A stretch of 58,907 nucleotides of DNA, the filler included, from Sluysia triapertura (taxonomy: Eukaryota), in the NCBI GenBank assembly GCA_046118255.1. It is 4 parts of 4 records of this genome, joined end to end, with 100 filler letters (N's around TTAATTAATTAA, not from the genome) between each part and the next. Parts side by side here need not be neighbours in the genome. Positions count along the whole stretch, not along the records: positions 34,568 to 47,245 come from JBJNIA010090789.1; positions 47,346 to 58,907 come from JBJNIA010183402.1; 2 more parts are not named here. One strand, given 5' to 3'. Positions 38,398 through 52,475 of the stretch are shown here, one piece after another. The notes under the pieces are model-generated. The model did not search any database and was not told the DNA's origin. It saw only the letters and a program-made list of their open reading frames with translations. Position 1 is the first letter of the stretch, and every line of letters starts with the position of its first letter. A program made the translations under genes and the position numbers.

Positions 38398-41300
38398 ATG
38401 CAAATTATAAGAAAAAAGGATGGTTCTCCAAATCAAAAATTTTATGAAAATCCAGAAATAATTGCTTTATTTGATACTGTACGAACATGGTTAACGAGAA
38501 ATTGTAAGAAGTATTGGCAGAATGATCCTATGACAAATAAAAGCTTGGCTACTTTATGTAACCAATTATTGCAATTTCAAGAAGACATCTTTTGTAAAGT
38601 AACTGTGTTATAAAATTTATCTATTTTTAGTCGAATGAAAATATTTTAATGAAATTACCCACTCATTGTTTCTTCGATTTTAAACCAAGTGGTGGTTTAA
38701 GCCACATATTCTCCAGCTGTTTAAAATTTAAATCTGAACAAGGTGTAAGAAGGTTTGATTTTCAGTCTCCTGCAAGGTTAGAAAAGAATGTTGATATGTT
38801 TAAACAAATAAAGTCCGATCTTGAAGTGCACAAATGTTGGGAAACTCCAAGGATTTGGTTATCACCTTCTTTATTAGGAGTAATTTACAAATCTTATTAA
38901 TAAAATTTAGGATGTTCTTAATAATATTACTGCTGCTATTAAAAAAGTAAATTTACAAACTGTTGATAATCCGAATGATGCGACCCACTTACTTTATCAT
39001 AAGCATCCTAAAGTAATGTTTGCAGAAGATATTGTTCGAGTAGTAGTAAGGGAAGGTCGTGGCATTATGGTGCATTGGTTGTGGACTCCAGAAACTCATG
39101 ATACTTGGTTTACAGGTTATTTTTAATAAATAAATATAAGCTTTCGTATTAGGAATAAGATTAGGTTATTTTAATTATATTGTTGAGTTTGTTCCACGAG
39201 TTTTTTTAATTTTGAATGTTTCATGAATTTTTAGTGCACTACAATTGCATTACACAATGAAGAGTAAAACTTAATATTTCGTTATATTAAAACTGTAATT
39301 GGTGTGCACATTTAATTTTTTTAAATATAAAATAATTATACAGTCAATTTCACATAAGTTTCTTTTCTAGTTCGTTAAATACCCGATAAGGCTTATTCGA
39401 TATTAAAATTAAATGTCGTATTTGTATCATCAGTAAAATATAATTATGATCGGTGTTGTATTTATCGATGTTCTATAAACTGAAATAAAATGAATTGATA
39501 TTATGTTGAAGTTTTTTAAAATGTATTTCAATAATTAAAAAAATCAAAATTAAAATTTAATTGATTTTATGAAATGTTTAAAATTTAAAAATAACTCAAT
39601 TTATTAGTATATTCTTATTGTAGGAATACCAAATGATGCTCAAGTTAATCCAGAACCATCTATTAGACCTTCGGTTGGTGGCAATCAGTTATGGGAAATA
39701 GATTATAGATGGTTAACGATGTCTGTGGATAATCATGAATGGTTGTGTGAAGAAGACTTCTTGCTACCTCCAAATGATCAAGAATTTACAAAACAAACAA
39801 ATCGTAAACCTATTGTGCAGAGAAAATTTTTTACCGGTATTATGAACGTTAATTGTAAATTAAAAATTATATTTGACTATTGTAATGTATAATTTAATAT
39901 TTTATTTTGAAATAAATTTTAGAAATACTAGAATAAACCACCAAATACTTGTTTTAATAATTTTTATATTTTACATAATAATTTCAGCCGAAGAATTAAA
40001 TTCATTAGTTATGTCTCCAGCAATAGTCAATGTATCTGAAAGAAAAGATAAGAAAAAACGTAAACTATCACCTTCTCCATCTACTAAAGATGATAATACA
40101 ATTAAAAGAAGAAAGCAAACAACTGGACGCAATTCAGCTGCCAATGCAAGGCGGTCAAAAATTAAAGAAGATGAAGATTTTGAAGAAGAAGACGTAACAA
40201 AAGATTTAGATGATCCTGAAGCTCCTAATAAAGTTGAAGAATTTTCTATGAGCAGTGTTGGTGGTAAAAGCAATCAACGAAGTGGAGCAAATGCAGCAAA
40301 TAATGTATTGTTAGATTTGGATGAAGAAACTCAAGGATCAGGTTTGCAGAATAACTATTATATTTTAACTATTGTTGAATTTGATATTCATATTGTATTT
40401 AATGTAAAAAAGTTTGATGTTTAATGACAATTTAAAATTAATTTTTAAGTCATGATACGTTTTATTTAGTTATAATTATTTTAATAGAAATATTTGTTTA
40501 ATGATGTAAAAATAAGTCGAAAAGTTTTATTGTAGCCACAAATAATATATCAGCCAATGGAAACCATATAAATGCTGATGAATCGTTCAATGCTGATATG
40601 AGTGTAACGGAACAAGCTCATAGCATAATAATACCAAGTTATTCAGCTTGGTTTGATTATAATTCTGTCCACGTTATAGAGCGTAGAGCATTGCCTGAAT
40701 TTTTTAATGGTGAAAACAAAAGTAAAACGCCTGAGGTTTTTATGGCTTATCGGAATTTTATGATTGACTCTTACAGGCTGAATCCACAAGATTATCTGTC
40801 GTTTACATCATGTCGAAGAAATTTAACTGGCGATGTTTGTGCTATTTTAAGAGTGCACGCATTTCTGGAACAATGGGGACTTATAAATTATCAGGTAATT
40901 ATGATTTTACTAATTAAAGTAAACTACGCAATTCATGATTTTAGATTGATCATGAAGGTAAAGTATCTGCTGGTGGATTAGGTCCTCCAAATACTAGTCA
41001 TTTTCATGTTTTAATTGATTCTGCCACTGGTTTACAGTCACTAGGAAATCAGGCAAGTTCTAAGGCATTAAATTCAACAGACAAAATTGGTGTTCAAAAT
41101 GTCAAAGAAAATATCACTCCAGAAAGTATGTTAGGACAAAATAAGGTTTGTAATTCTTTTGGTTTAATATTAATTTAGACTGAACCAATAGAAAATTCTG
41201 TGTCTAATCAAATTCATGATCCAACATTTCAAACAGATCAATACATGAATACTGGGGCGAAACCTAGTTCTGATTCATTACACGATTCTCATTTAAATAA

Positions 41301-44300
41301 CAAAGAATTCCCCATTGGACTTCAAAGTAGATCTAAAGATTGGTCAGATCAAGAAACCTTTCTCTTATTAGAAGGATTAGAAATGTATAAGGATGACTGG
41401 AATAAGGTATCTGAGCATGTGGGTTCGCGAACACAAGAAGAATGTATTTTATACTTTTTAAGATTACCCATTGAAGATCCGTACTTAGAGGGTGATGAAG
41501 TATTAATGAAAACACTAAATTACCAACCGATACCATTTTCAAAATCTGGAAATCCAATAATGTCTACAGTTGCATTTTTAGCTTCTTGTGTTGATCCTAG
41601 AGTTAGTTTAACATTAATTTAATCAAATTAATAAAACGTTGATAATTTTATTTCATTATTGCAGCAATAATTTCTAATATCATTTAAATGAATGTAGCAT
41701 CCATATAATTTTTTTTCTTATTAGTTTGTAAATAAATTAGTGTGTTGCGCCAAAAATTTTGTAGTACAAGCCTAAGTTAGGTTTTGTAATTCAGAAAGTG
41801 CATGAACAAAAGGTTAAAGTACTACATCCAATACACCTAGTACCAAATTGGAGCTATTATGCTTTTTTCATAAGGTAGTAATGTGACAAAGGATTATATG
41901 CAATTATATGACAGTTGAAGCTTATAAAATAGTGCTGATAAAGTATGTTTTTAAAGCCTTTCTAAGATATTTGTAATGTAGTAGTGGAATTTTCAAAATT
42001 CATTATTTAAAGCACAAAGTTGGAATAATTAGGTCGTTTTTTTGTTTTTTCCTTGAACCTAATCAAAAAATATAATTTAAATGGATTCTTCAGTTTCCAG
42101 CTTGAATCGTTAAACAGGAGTACATGTTACGCAATTTTATGTAATTATTTTCTTATTAGTGTCAATAAGTATTATATAATTAAAACATCTATTATCTAAC
42201 TTAGTTGTAGCTCTTAATTCAAATTTTAAGTTTAATGTCTTGAACTATTAAGTACTTAAATTTTGTTTAAATTCAAAAAAATGATCATAAGATTTTGAGA
42301 ATGAAGTTTATGAGTAATACATTAAATTCTAAAAATTTAGGAGGGTTTGATAAATTAAAGGATTCGTTATCTAAGTCAAATATTTTGTGATTACTTATTC
42401 TGAAGTAATGATTTAATCTTATGTTTTCATTGCCAGTGTTTATGTTTAGATAGACTACCTTTACTATTTCTAATAAATTAAATCTTTTGAATTTTAATGG
42501 AATAATTCAGTAACTTAAAGTATGATGGTCGTCAAAAGATTTTGTGTGAAAATACGTTTTTAATTGATTGTTAACAAGTTATTTACGTTTGATTTGAATC
42601 TTTAAATAATTTAAACTGACATGATGTAATAAGAAATTTCTAAGAAAAGGTGCAAATACTAAAGAAGTTGTGCCGAAATATAGATATTTTTATCTAATGG
42701 CGTACTTGAAAACTTACTTGAAAATTCTATTGTGTCAGTTCTAATAAATTGAATTATCTTTTAATGTACCCAAAAAAAATCGTGTATAGTGTAGGATTCA
42801 TTTTGTGTTTGTTTCCGCGTTAGCTAAACTGATTTTTCTATAATTTTTTAAACTGCATCATGCTAATTTGTAAATAGTTTTAATCAAGCCGTTTTAATCT
42901 TGTCAATTTATATTCAAAATAATTATTTTCAAATGGGTGCTTAAGTTTTTAAAAATAAACGGAAAATGTATTTTTCTATAATTACAATTATCACGACATT
43001 TTAAATAAAGTTATTAATTTATTTTTTAGATTGCCAATGAGGCTGCTAAAGCTGCTTTGAATGAATTTACTCGGCTCAAGGAAGAAGTACCTGAATATAT
43101 GATTAAAGAGCATAAGGCGAAAGTAGAAGCAGCAGTTGAATCAGGAAAGGATGTAGATGTGAATAAATTTGGTCTAGAGAACATTGCTGGTCAAGAAAAA
43201 GACAAAGAAATAAATGAAAACAAAGAAAGTGAAGTAACATCTGATAATCAAAATAAAGAAATAACCGAAACAGTAAAATCTGAAACAGATAATAAAAGTA
43301 AAATATTTAAAACTAAATTTTTTGGATTTCAATTAATATTGTACAATTTCAGTTGAGACAGAATCTCGAACTGAATCTGAAGAAACTGAAAAGATGGATA
43401 CAGGTGATTCTCAATCTAATGTTGTTGCATCAGAGGGAGATAAACAAGTTCAAACTAATCAAATTTTAAATCAACAGCAAACTGCAACACCTGGTGAAAC
43501 TGAAGACAAAACCAATAAACAAAAAATTGACAAATTAAATGATGAACATTTAGCAAATAAAATAGAAACAACGCAAAACAAGAAAATCAATAAAGATTTG
43601 AATTCTAAGCAATTGGCAGAAGCAGCGAGTGTTGCATTGGCTGCATCTGCTACAAAAGCAAGATATCTAGCATTATCTGAAGAGAAAAAAATTAAAGGCT
43701 TGGTTGCACAATTGGTAGAAGCTCAACTAAAGAAAATGGAAGTAAAGTTAAAACAGATTCAAGTAAATTTATTATACATCTTATAATTTATTTTTACTTA
43801 GGAATTAGAATCGATAATCGAAAGGGAATATGAGGTTCTAGAACAGCAGCGTCAACAATTACTTTTAGACCGTCAGGCATTTCATATGGAATTGTTAAAA
43901 ACAGTTGAGTCACGTGCACGTGTAGTCAGTCAGAATCAGTATCATAATCCTGGTATGGTTGGAACAATGGTAGCGCAAAATCAAATGATAAATACAACAA
44001 TTCAACAAAATACAACTCTTCCACAACAATTAAGTCACACTTCTCATATTTTGATTCCTCAAACTCAGCAAACACAACAACCTCATTCACAAGGTATGGC
44101 ACCCAATGTTATGGTAGCACAACAATCGCAACATCAACAAACTACCCCATCTCAAATACAGATGCATCAACATATGCAACAGATTATTCAACAGCAATTA
44201 CTGCAGCAACAAATTTCTGGAGGTTCTGTAAACCCTGGAAGTTTACAAGCTCCACATCTCTATCCAAACAACACAACTGTACAGCGAAAACCTACAGAAA

Positions 44301-44509
44301 CCGTTATCAGTAATAATTTTTCTCTTACTAACACATCTAATACTACTCCCGTGACAAATGCAGTTTCTGATGCACCAAATAATTCTGGTGATTCTACAAA
44401 TGCTGCCAATAGCGCAGTTATCGGAAATAGTGCACAGACCAATTTAGCTGTAACTGCTAGTGTTTCCATTGAAAATACTAGTACAAATAATACTTCTACC
44501 CCATCGTAA
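38398..44509 (+). CDS. SMARCC2: SWI/SNF (BAF) core subunit SMARCC1/SMARCC2 (BAF155/170, Moira/SWI3)
   Basis: Exons 38398-38598, 38631-38879, 38911-39115, 39624-39836, 39988-40341, 40536-40894, 40945-41145, 41179-41601, 43030-43297, 43353-43762, 43802-44509 (all GT-AG, phases consistent). Motifs: N-terminal [11 protein letters not shown]; SWIRM ([12 protein letters not shown]...[15 protein letters not shown]); SANT ([30 protein letters not shown]); [18 protein letters not shown]; leucine zipper [14 protein letters not shown]; Q-rich tail. The SMARCC1 versus SMARCC2 assignment is nominal. Confidence 0.96.
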
Positions 44510-47245
44510 TTTAGTTTTAAAATGTATGATTTTATTATTTTAGTAAATTCAATTTATCGTGTATCATTTTTATGGTTCCGATGTGTAGAATGTAATTAAT
44601 TTATTTATTTTTCAGCAATAATAAATTGTTTTACTATAATTATTTCAATATTACTACAATTATAACTTAAGCTATTTATCATTTTTGTTGTACAAATTAT
44701 TATCTTATTATATTGTCCAATTAAATGATCGAGTGCTAGTTTTTATATATCGTAAATTTTAATTATCATTATCAACCATTTTGGTTTTTTGGGTAGCACG
44801 ATTTGTATATAAAACCACGCGGCTAAAGTAAAGCTTATTGTTTCTTGTGGATGTAAACTTTATATTGTTCACAAGTTTATTATATTTTTTGTCTAATGAT
44901 ATATAAGATTATGAATTATATTAATTTGTGCAATTGTTTTATTAAACAAAAAAATACTTAAGTGCAGTTACTTATTAGCTTATACTGTATGTATATTCTG
45001 AAAGGAAAGAATAAATATTTATATGAATGTAGTAATAAGGTTTTATTTTTAAATATGAAATTGCTGGATATATTTGATGATTTGTAATTTATTATTACAA
45101 ACTTTAGAATGTAAAGGAAGTTACAGTTAATGAATAGATTTATTTTAAATCTATTTGCATACTTAACAATTCCGTTGTAAGTAACTTTACAAATATACGT
45201 TGTCTTTGAATCGTCAAAATATTTAAAATTTGCTGTACCTTTGTAATAGAAAAAGTAAATTTTCAAAAATTTAGTAGATATTACATTAAATTTAATTACT
45301 GTGTTTTCTCGTCTATAGCCCGAGGGATATACATTGAAAAAAGTGTATTTTTGTGGTGATGGTTATACGTGAATAGTTTAGAAATTTATTTTTTTTGATC
45401 CTAAAGAATCAATGAATTTTCCAATGAATATAATGTTGTCTACAACCAGAAACAACATAATTTAAAGAGTAACCTTTATATTTGGTGATATAAAAGATTT
45501 TTTCAAAACACATTAAACCATATGTATTATATATGTGTGTGGGTTATTAAAAAGTTGATTTTTATGATGCGGGCTATATATTAAGTGCGGGTTATACACA
45601 AGAAAATATAGTAGTTGCATCCAAGTAGTAGGTGGACGAAAGAATTTGAAAACAAAGCAAAATGATAATTTCAAAGTTGATTTGCAATGTTTTGCTTTTG
45701 GCACAAGTGATTTATGGAATTAACTATAATTAATGAAGTCATGAAATTATAGTTTCTAGGATATAATTAAAAGCATAATTTTTGAAATGTTATGTACTAA
45801 AACCACTAAACAATTATATTTTAAATACAAAGTTGTTTCTTACGTAATATTTTTAACATTAAATTTACTTTTCTATGTGTAAATCACACCTTTTAAGATT
45901 AAAAGGTGGATTTAACATTTTATACGGCGTCACTGATACTACAGTCAATCTGAATTATAATACTCGTTTCCAAATTCAGTAGTCTAAATCAAATAGTGTA
46001 GCTTTCAAAAACAGCCTTGCTTTTTTCATTTTAATTTTTGTGCTTCATGTAAACTAAAATTAACTTTAAAGTTTTGCTTTAAAGTGAGGTTGTTGAAGAA
46101 TGAAGTAAAGTCAGAATCATGTGTATAATTAAAAATAAGCATCATGATAAATTGAACCTGTTAATTAGTTATGTTTTAGTTAAATGAGATGCATTAAAGA
46201 CAGTTAAGGAACCTAAATTTTGTTTTAAAGAAAAATCATAAATGCATTTAATTAAAATTATATTTGAAGTCATTTATATGATGCTTAATATAAGAAAGCA
46301 GCATATATAATAAAATGCACTGTTTAAATTTATTGTTACATTGATAGCATAAAAATTTTTAATTAAGTTTCTTTATAATGTTAAATTTCAATATTATAAT
46401 AATCATGAGCAATAAAGTATACTTTATGCATGCTATTGAAATTGACATGGATACATCGTTGATGTGTTGTATATTGTGTCAAAAGTTTTATATGTTATCA
46501 AATTTAAATTGTAATTTTTGAAACTCTTATGATAAATTTTGATTTTATTGTAAGTGCTACATGTGCAAAATTTATAATTAGTTCACTTAATTCTTGTCTC
46601 GCAAAATTATTCTTTAACTGTATGCCTATAGAAATCGCTTTATACTTCCTAAGAAGAAACGAGTCTATAGTATTTAGAAGATAATCTGTAGGAAATAGTT
46701 ATTCTATAGTTGGATTATATCGTAGTAAACAGTGTTATATGTTGTCAACTATATACTTATTATTTGTTCGCGCTTAACTATTTATGCGATTCAGATCTAG
46801 TTAGCGAACTTACTAAATGAAAATACCAAGGATTTATTACAACCAAAAGAACTAGTATAAAATCTTTCAACTCGTGAGGGAACATTTATGGAACAAATTC
46901 CAAACCAATTAAACCACGGTATTATCCCAACAAATTTTAAATTATTTATTGTTAAAATCAGTAATTATAGTTTTCATTTCAATTAGTCTCACTGGATCAG
47001 AACAGGAGCAACGATAATAATCTCTTTTAGTGTGATAATTGTAATGGCCGGTGATGATAGGCAGTTAACTTAAAGTTTAAATTTAGAATTATCGTTAAGG
47101 AAAATTTCATCGTTAATGAAAGGTAAGACTTAAGGTCTTTTAAAAGGTTATTATTTTCAAAATTTCTATTATTCAATGAAATAAATTTAAAATAACAACT
47201 AGACAAATTGTATTTTACTACACGTTTAATAAAAAAATAAAAGAT

Positions 47246-47345
47246 NNNNNNNNNNNNNNNNNNNNNNNNNNNNNNNNNNNNNNNNNNNNTTAATTAATTA
47301 ANNNNNNNNNNNNNNNNNNNNNNNNNNNNNNNNNNNNNNNNNNNN
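47246..47345. other. assembly gap with TTAATTAATTAA linker
   Basis: N-run with artificial linker. Confidence 0.98.
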
Positions 47346-48299
47346 TAATCATCAAACATTTGTACATAATATTCAAAAAATAAATGTATCGAAATTTCGT
47401 TATCTTTTTTTGTGTTATTGTTACATTAATGATATAATTGAATTAAAAATAAATTGCAATTTTATTAGATTTGTTATCACAGAATGTTGTAAATACAATA
47501 AACAATTTTATAATAATACAGTTCATAACAAAATGAATTATGATTTTAAATCATATAAGATAAAACCGCCCTCAAGACTATCATGTACCATAAACCGGTG
47601 TAAGGACATTACACCCATATTAATAATTCCATTTGAACTGAAATTCTAAAGGTGGACTTGCTATAACTTTAGGAACGAATTTCATTTTAGTATTCGTGAA
47701 ATACATAATAGCTTTTTAATTTAATTAACTAACATTGAATTGAAAGCAATTTAAGCAATCTGAGACTATTTTAACAATACATTATCGAAATTAGTGACAA
47801 TTTTTTAATAATATTTAATTAGTAAAATTAATTACATGTGGCTGAATTTATAAAAATTGTTCATAAATACTTTAATAAACCTTCTAAAGGACTTGCAATT
47901 TTAATTTTAGATTTAGGCGGGAAACTTGAGACCCTAATTTATAAATTTGTCGCACTTAAATATTTATAAAATAGAGACAAATTAAAAGTACTCAGGATGA
48001 AAAAAAGCAACAATTCTATAAAGTTTGATAATAATTTTTATAATCTAAGTAAAGTCAGTGTTTCTACTAACAAACATTTTTAAATAAAATTTTAAAATTT
48101 GAGTAAGAAAATTTTATATTACAAAAGTATCACTATCGAGAGCAGCATGAAAATAATAATACAATTACTGCAATTAAAACATCTAATTTATTCATATTTA
48201 TTATTGTCATCTATAAATTATGTAATGTCTTATTTTTCTTTATTCGATTGATAAAATATTAAAATTTTGACTAAAACAAATGTCATAAACAAAAATTTT

Positions 48300-48790
48300 A
48301 AAAATACAATTTCATCATGTATAACAGGATTGCTTAAATGACCACAATACGTAAAGATTTCATGATGTAGATGCCAGTTATTTCCTGGAAAAATAATCTG
48401 CAGAAAAATCGTAGAAAATACGAGTTGCTGTGGTAATTACATGCAACTTCCTATTGTAATTTAACCAATGTAAGATGATCAAAAAATTAAATTTGAAAAA
48501 GGAAACTTATTATATAAAACTTTATAGTCAGCTTATGCTTGATAATAATTTTGAGCAGCCGTAGATGCACTTGGAGCCACGATGAGATTTGTAGGACGAG
48601 CATCACTAATAGTGTAAATATGTAAGCAATACGGAAGAATGAGTTGATTAGTGTCTGAATGAATTTTTTTGAAATGGAGCAATTAATCCAGATAAAGAGA
48701 AGTATAAAAATTACAAATACTACATCGATATAGCATTTCATGTCACACCTTTTCACAACATAAGTGAATATTTCAATACAGTTTTACACA
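48300..48790 (-). pseudogene. decayed rhodopsin-class GPCR (TM3-TM7)
   Basis: Motifs in the expected order, with stops: EIFTYVV (ERF-like), hydrophobic segment ending FIW, FRIAYIFTLLVM (TM5-like), CM*LP (CWLP-like), YCGHLSNPVIH (NPxxY-like). Confidence 0.4.
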
Positions 48791-51002
48791 CATGATACTA
48801 GTTTATCTGATCTTACTCAAACAAAATGATAAATACCTTAAACAAACAAAAAAATTTGGTAACAATATTTCATAATGGCAAGCATAAAAACTAAATTAGG
48901 CATTGTTGATCATCTTTCTCTCAAGTTGTTATACATAGTGCGGCTTTTGAAGAAATTTACCTTATCAATACTATAAATCTTGAAAATGTAGAATTTATAA
49001 TTCCGATTCTACATTATTATATACTGAGTTGAAAGTTAAAAAATGTTGGAGCTAATTTACTTGATAAAGATTTTAATATTACATCAAATAAGTGTTTGGA
49101 AATTTAATCCTTCGGCTACGTATATATGCGTTTCAATGAATTTCTGAAGTAAAAATATGTTCGCATTTTATTTGCGCTTAGATGTCGCTTTTTCATTATT
49201 TCAAATATAAAAAATAATTTTTTTACAGTTTTCTCTCCAAAAATTGTATTTTTCATATGTACATATTCATCATTTCATTCATAAAATAAATATTACTTTT
49301 CAAGTGTTTTTTGAATAAATAAAAAATATTATATCTCAAAACTAATGCCTAACGATTATTTATCGGAATACAGAAATTTATTATTTATCTAGTGACGAAG
49401 AAATTTCATCACAAAACAACTTCGATTGGAGGGAAGAAAGGATACTCTATGTATGTCTAAAAACTGTACTGTTGCTTTTGTATTGGTGAATGCTTCAAAA
49501 TTTACCAAATAAAACTTCATTTTTAATTTTATGTTATATTTTACTCAATTCTATAATAAAACGAAGTCTTAAAATTTTTTATTTTTCTCAAAAAAGCTAC
49601 CAACCAAATATTAAATTTATATTGTTTATTAATTTGGATACTTAAGGTTAGTACTTTATTAATTTGATTAAAAAACATCAATTTATGATAAGAATTATTA
49701 AATTTATAAACTGTTAAAACATTTATCTTTCTAAAAATGGACTTAAGGTCCTTTAATCATATAAATTGAACAAAAACACAAAAAAGACCTTATATATTAT
49801 ATGAATTGGCAAAATAAAATGATAAAACGAGAATCATAAATAAAATAACAAACACTACTGTTTATTTGGTACCATTTCCAACCTAGAAAATCAAGTTTCG
49901 GCAATCAGCAACGTTTCCGGCAACACAACATATAGGTTTTGATATATTTTCCGAGCGATTTTCTTGCCTCATGAACAACCTAGTTACCAATTCTTCGATA
50001 CTATTAAACGCATCTATACTAAAGCTCAATAATTTAAACGACTCTAAATAAAACATAATCGTATCGTGTCCTCTAACTGACACCATGAATGGTCAAAAAG
50101 CTTGTTTCTCGCAAAACATCACAAGCATATAATCTTTTAGTCTTTAATCAACGTGAGTTCAAATTTAAAATTTTAACTAGTCTTTGTGTTTCATTTTTTA
50201 AAGGCAATATTGCTATCGACATAAGAATCTTATTATGATTAATTAATTTAATGTTACACGATGTGCTTAGTGTTTCACGTGTGGTCACACGTTTCACAAT
50301 TGTTGCCAAATGTGAAACGAACTTAACACATTTTGCTCGATAACTGTTTGTCTGATAATTTAGAAAAAAGAAACATGGAAATTCAGTAAGTAAATCACTT
50401 TGAGAACGTTTATTATAATGTTTTAATTTATCTTGAAAATTGAACAATTTGCAGCATTTATTTATTTAACATAAAATAAATATAAGCAACAGTTTTTCAA
50501 AACATTCTTTTATCCGATTAAGAACAATTTTCGAAATTACTTATATTTATTTTGAATTCCTCTAGAATCCCTCACAGATTCCATTATGATAAATATTTCG
50601 TCTCTATGAACATCATAATCTATTTTAATCTATTTAAAACTTGCATAAGAAAACTCATAATTGAAATTAAAGTCTCATACGCTTTCATTGTGAAAAATGC
50701 AACATCTTAGAAGTACTTCCAATATTTGTCTATTTTCAAAATACACAGAAAAATATAAAAATAAAAATAATATTAAATTCATTCATTTAAATTCATTATT
50801 AAATTTTATTTATTGTAATATTTTAGGTTTAAGACCCTCTAAACGTGTTAATTGTAATATTTTAAAGTAAATTAAGTAAGATTTTTTACTTTTAAGTTAC
50901 AGAGGTACCAACTACAAGTTCTAAGACGCTTACTGTAACCGGACCCTGCTCATTTTTTTATTTTGCCGTAGGTTTAGTATTAAGAAAAACCACAGCAAAA
51001 TT

Positions 51003-51020
51003 TGGCGCCCGAATTGGGAC
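51003..51020 (+). promoter_or_regulatory. primer-binding site, tRNA-Lys(UUU)-type
   Basis: TGGCGCCCGAATTGGGAC matches the canonical Lys3 PBS TGGCGCCCGAACAGGGAC at 16/18, 5 nt after a CA. Confidence 0.85.
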
Positions 51021-52475
51021 AAACATAAATGTAATTAACGTTGAATTTTTCAAGATTAAACTGCATTTAGACAGTATTAAGCGAATTTAAGTTTTAAATG
51101 TTTATGTTTTTGTCGCATAAATTGAGTTTTGACGACGTTTTTGTCATTTTTGTATTGAATTTTTAGGATTAACTATAATTACAGACTAGTAAGTGAAGTT
51201 AAACATTGAATTTATACGTTTTAACGATTTTTAAGTTACGTTTTTACGATTTGCGTTATAACTCGATATTAAAATTTGAATTTTTGACAGTTTTAAGTTA
51301 GTATTTAAGTCTTAAGTTTGAATTTATGCAAGTTTTTTGATCGATTTATATTTTATAAGTTGTTTTCTACGTTATTTCAAAAAGATTTTGATATAAGTTT
51401 GAATTTTATTGTTATTGAGATTTTTAAGCAAGTTAAAATTAAGCTTAAGTCGTTTGAGTTTGTATTTTTAAGATATGTGTAAGTTATATTGCATATTTTG
51501 TGATTACTTTAAGTTTCCACTAAATTTAAGCTTTTGAATTGTGAATTTTAATAAGTTTAAGTTATGTCCCATATTTTGATAATTAAGTCAAGTTTTCATT
51601 AAGTTTAAGTTATTATAAGTGATTATTTTGATAAGCATTTGATAAGTTTTAGTAGATTTTTATAAGTTTTCATATAAGTTTAAGTAAGAATTTATAAGTT
51701 TCTTAAGTAATTACCCTAATTTTTATAAGTTTTTTACGATTTATTTAAGTTTGACATTAAGTTATATAAGTTTAACCGTTATTTTATGTTATTTTATAAT
51801 TATTTCATTAAGTTTTGTAGTATTTTATAAGTTTCAGTTGATTGTTTGAATTTTATATAAGTTTTAAGTAAGTTATAACCCTAATTTTGATAAAAGCTAA
51901 GTTTATAAGTACGATTTTCATGCGATTTTCTTAAATTAATGTATCTTTTTGAAGTTTATCTAAGTTGTCTATAAGTTTTCTTGATTTGATAAGTAAATTT
52001 TTTACGTTTTTTGATATTTTATTAAGTTTTATACTATTTTTATACGATTTTTAACATTATCCCACGAAGTTTTACATTAATAAGTCTAAGTTTTACAGTT
52101 TATTTGATAAGTTATATAGTTTAAGTTTGATTATAAGTTTATTTCATTGTTATTAAGTTTAAGTTATTGATAAAAGCTTCCCCGATTAAGTTTCATAATA
52201 TTTTGTTAAGTTTAACTGAATTTTATTAAGTTTTTCTGATTTAAGTTTAAGATATTTGATTCCGATTTAAATTTTTACCCTTTTGAATTATTATTTAAGT
52301 TATTAAGTTTTGATATTTGACTAAGTTTATCTTTATTTTGATAAAGAAGTTTGTATTAGAAGTTTATTTTAGAAGTTTGTATTTAAGTATTTAAGTCTTC
52401 AGAATTGATACACGAGGTTTAATTGAATTTACTAAAGAAAAGAAAAAACGTAGAAGAAATCATTCTTTAAATAAG

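Noticed and set aside
39971-40273. Minus-strand ORFs over SMARCC exons (also 41333-41557 and 44260-44469)
   Set aside because: Antisense shadows of real coding exons.
46780-47020. IITDF / LEFVP strings suggesting a MULE relic
   Set aside because: Only two short words, which is insufficient support.
49883-50447. Two minus-strand ORFs and a C..C....T.HI-like string (possible LINE C-terminal zinc motif)
   Set aside because: Too degenerate to assign, with no RT motifs nearby.
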